Of a stretch of DNA of 32,000 nucleotides, positions 30,166-32,000 are shown piece after piece. Made by a program: the position numbers and the translations under genes. Positions within the stretch are counted from its first letter, which is position 1. Each line of letters starts with the position of its first letter. The DNA is from Patescibacteria group bacterium (lineage in GTDB: Bacteria; Patescibacteriota; Patescibacteriia; 2-01-FULL-39-33): assembly GCA_041662745.1 (NCBI GenBank), contig JBAZRV010000002.1, positions 60,001 through 92,000 on the forward strand, written 5' to 3'. The notes under the pieces were generated by a model that had not been told where the DNA came from, searched no databases, and saw only the letters and a program-made list of their open reading frames with translations.

Positions 30166-30381
30166 TAGTTTATTCTTACTCAACTTAGCGGTCAGGGTAA
30201 GTCAAATAAAATAGTAAAATAGCTAAAATAAGCGATTTAATTAAAATCGTGAGTTTTTAGTGTCCGACTGCCGCAGAGGTAAAAAATAAAAAACACCTCG
30301 CCAAAGTCATTTTCATTTGTTTAATTTTGTCTAAAATTAAACAAATAAGTTAATAGTTTTTATTAATCAATAAATGCAAGT

Positions 30382-30407
30382 GTAACATTTAGCTATTTTT
30401 TCCGTCT
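30382..30407 (+). promoter_or_regulatory. ECF-type promoter (GTAAC-N16-CGTCT), likely autoregulatory
   Basis: GTAAC at 30382-30386, 16-nt spacer, CGTCT at 30403-30407. Only 6 nt separate the -10 from the sigma-factor ATG, and no Shine-Dalgarno is present. Confidence 0.5.
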
Positions 30408-30413
30408 AATAAG

Positions 30414-30965
30414 ATGAAGAACCCTATCGCTGACAAAATACTGTTTTTACGGGTGAAAAACAAGGATCACGAGGCCTATGGCCGGTTTTATGATCTTTAT
30501 GTTGAGCGGATTTATCGATTTGTCTATTTTAAGGTCAGTTCGGTTGATGATGCCAAAGACCTGACTTCCGAGGTGTTTCTGAAACTTTGGCAGTACATTA
30601 AAGATGGCAAACCGATTAATAATTTGAATGCTTTGACTTACATGATCGCCCGCAATTGCGTGATAGATTTCTATCGCGCGCGCGCTCGCCGTGATGAGAA
30701 TGAAGAAAAAGTCGCTGATGAGCATATCACTATCATTGATGATGAAGGCGACATCTTGATTCAGAAAATCAAAGACGCGGAGATGGCCGAGGTGCTGGCA
30801 ACATTAAAAAAGCTCAAAGACGAATATCGCGAAGTTATAGTGCTAAGATATCTGGATGAATTGTCCATCAAAGAAATTTCTAAAATTTTAGATAAGTCAC
30901 CCGGTTCGGTGCGCGTTTTGCTTTATCGGGCGCTCAATGCCATTAAAACGACGATTAAACAATAG
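30414..30965 (+). CDS. ECF-family RNA polymerase sigma factor (sigma-70 regions 2 and 4)
   Basis: Region 2: FYDLYVERIYRFVYFKV...DAKDLTSEVFLKLW. Region 4: REVIVLRYLDELSIKEISKILDKSPGSVRVLLYRALNAIK. Confidence 0.9.
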   Translation: MKNPIADKILFLRVKNKDHEAYGRFYDLYVERIYRFVYFKVSSVDDAKDLTSEVFLKLWQYIKDGKPINNLNALTYMIARNCVIDFYRARARRDENEEKVADEHITIIDDEGDILIQKIKDAEMAEVLATLKKLKDEYREVIVLRYLDELSIKEISKILDKSPGSVRVLLYRALNAIKTTIKQ

Positions 30966-30967
30966 CT

Positions 30968-32000
30968 GTGTCTCACAAAAATCTCATCAAACAACTAAAG
31001 AAAGTCAAAAACCTCGAAACCGTAGGACGGCCCGAGGCTTCTTGGACTTCCGACAGCCGTGAGATTTTGATGCATCAAATCAATCCGCAGAATAAGGCCG
31101 TGGAGTATTCTCCGATTAAATATTATGCCGAGTTTTTTTCTTCCACTCTGCAACAGAAATTTTTGCGTCCGGCCTTGGTCGCCTTAATGGTGGTCAGCAC
31201 TTTTTTCACTTATTCCGCCTTTACTTTGGCCGCTAAGGCGTCTTTGCCCGGCGAAGCTTTGTATCCCGTCAAGGTGTTTAGCGAGAAAATCCAGTTAGTC
31301 GCGGCTATCGGCAACGAGGCTAAGGTTAAGTTGCAATTGGATTTCATCTCCCGTCGCGGCGATGAATTGCAACAGATTGCCCGTCAGCCGGAAGATGCCA
31401 AAGCCAAATCCGCCAAAATTTCCCAAACAGTCAAGCAAATTACCGAAGATGTTAAGAACATTCAAGATAAAGTGGACAAAATCGCCGTTTCTTCTCCGGC
31501 CACTACTGTTATCAGTACTGCCAAGGTGGTTGATGATAAGACTTTAAAAGTGGAAAAAGACATAGTTGACGCTCATACTGTTTTGTCTACGGAAGTGAAG
31601 AAGGATGTGGCCAAGGATGTCAAAGAAGCGATTGCCACCACTGAAGAAGCCGGTACTAAGGCGCTTTTAATGATGGTGGCCAAATCCGAAGAAAAACAAG
31701 TCAAGGACAATAATCAAGCCGTTCCCACCAAGGAAATCGCCGCTCGCGTGCAAGAAAGAATCAAGAATACCGAGGCCGCGGTGGAAGTTGCCGCCGACGA
31801 GGTCAATAAAATCGCTACCGGTACGCCGGCCATTCTTAATTTGGTTGTTTTATCCAGTGATGGCACTAACAGAATCAGCGGTGTTTCCAGCACCGAAGCC
31901 AACACCACGACCACTTTGAAAGACGCAGTTCAAGATGTTACCGAAAAGCCCAAGCAAGCTCAGGAAGTGATTGAACAAGCCAAGCAAATGCTTGATAAGA
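30968..32000 (+). CDS. anti-sigma-like membrane protein (single TM, long coiled extracytoplasmic domain), 3'-truncated by the window edge
   Basis: The frame is open from GTG 30968 (alternative ATG at 30070+1000=31070) to the window end and is absent from the ORF track because no stop is reached. TM segment LRPALVALMVVSTFFTYSAFTLA is followed by SLPGEALYPVKVFSEKIQL, typical of the domain found after ECF sigmas in CPR-type genomes. The start is 2 nt after the sigma stop. Confidence 0.65.
   Translation, partial: MSHKNLIKQLKKVKNLETVGRPEASWTSDSREILMHQINPQNKAVEYSPIKYYAEFFSSTLQQKFLRPALVALMVVSTFFTYSAFTLAAKASLPGEALYPVKVFSEKIQLVAAIGNEAKVKLQLDFISRRGDELQQIARQPEDAKAKSAKISQTVKQITEDVKNIQDKVDKIAVSSPATTVISTAKVVDDKTLKVEKDIVDAHTVLSTEVKKDVAKDVKEAIATTEEAGTKALLMMVAKSEEKQVKDNNQAVPTKEIAARVQERIKNTEAAVEVAADEVNKIATGTPAILNLVVLSSDGTNRISGVSSTEANTTTTLKDAVQDVTEKPKQAQEVIEQAKQMLDK

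Overview
By gene content and style this 32-kb window looks like chromosome from a small-genome, Patescibacteria/CPR-like bacterium: tightly packed short genes, tRNAs without encoded CCA, an ECF sigma followed by a long coiled anti-sigma-like gene, and Lys-rich protein tails. This taxonomic placement is inference. Layout: (1) 0-8 kb is a plus-strand housekeeping run (YbaK-like deacylase, scpA/scpB, a D-Ala-D-Ala carboxypeptidase, a MazG-like NTPase, tpiA, fba). An AT-rich PRTase-like orphan is wedged between tpiA and fba. (2) tRNA-Thr(GGT) and tRNA-Tyr(GTA) lie at 8.0-8.2 kb. (3) Directly after tRNA-Tyr are two tandem, mutually homologous ~217-220-nt units. Each ends with the last 16 nt of tRNA-Tyr, each starts with a box that is the reverse complement of the tRNA-Tyr T-arm, and each is followed by an A-tract/hairpin/T-tract. 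The units share four helices with compensatory base changes. I rate this the most interesting signal: a candidate unrecognised structured RNA or cassette family. (4) 8.7-16.8 kb is a compositionally mosaic accessory stretch. It holds a Bro-N/DinD-like gene, an AT-rich membrane protein plus a 644-aa Cys-rich modular secreted protein, a GC-rich self-contained divergent three-gene orphan module, and a membrane-anchored gluzincin. It is followed by miaA, which carries an in-frame low-complexity insertion. (5) 18.08-19.08 kb is an intact IS481-like element with terminal inverted repeats and a target-site duplication. (6) Two paralogous secreted EF-hand/(Gly-Glu)n proteins (19.2-20.1 kb and 25.6-26.7 kb) bracket a minus-strand gatB / thyX-tmk-kinase block. 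(7) 27-32 kb holds rplA-rplK-nusG-secE, an HTH gene, and an ECF sigma with a partial anti-sigma-like gene. No CRISPR array, rRNA, integrase or recognisable prophage structural genes were seen. All GC and codon-usage statements are by-eye impressions, not computed values.
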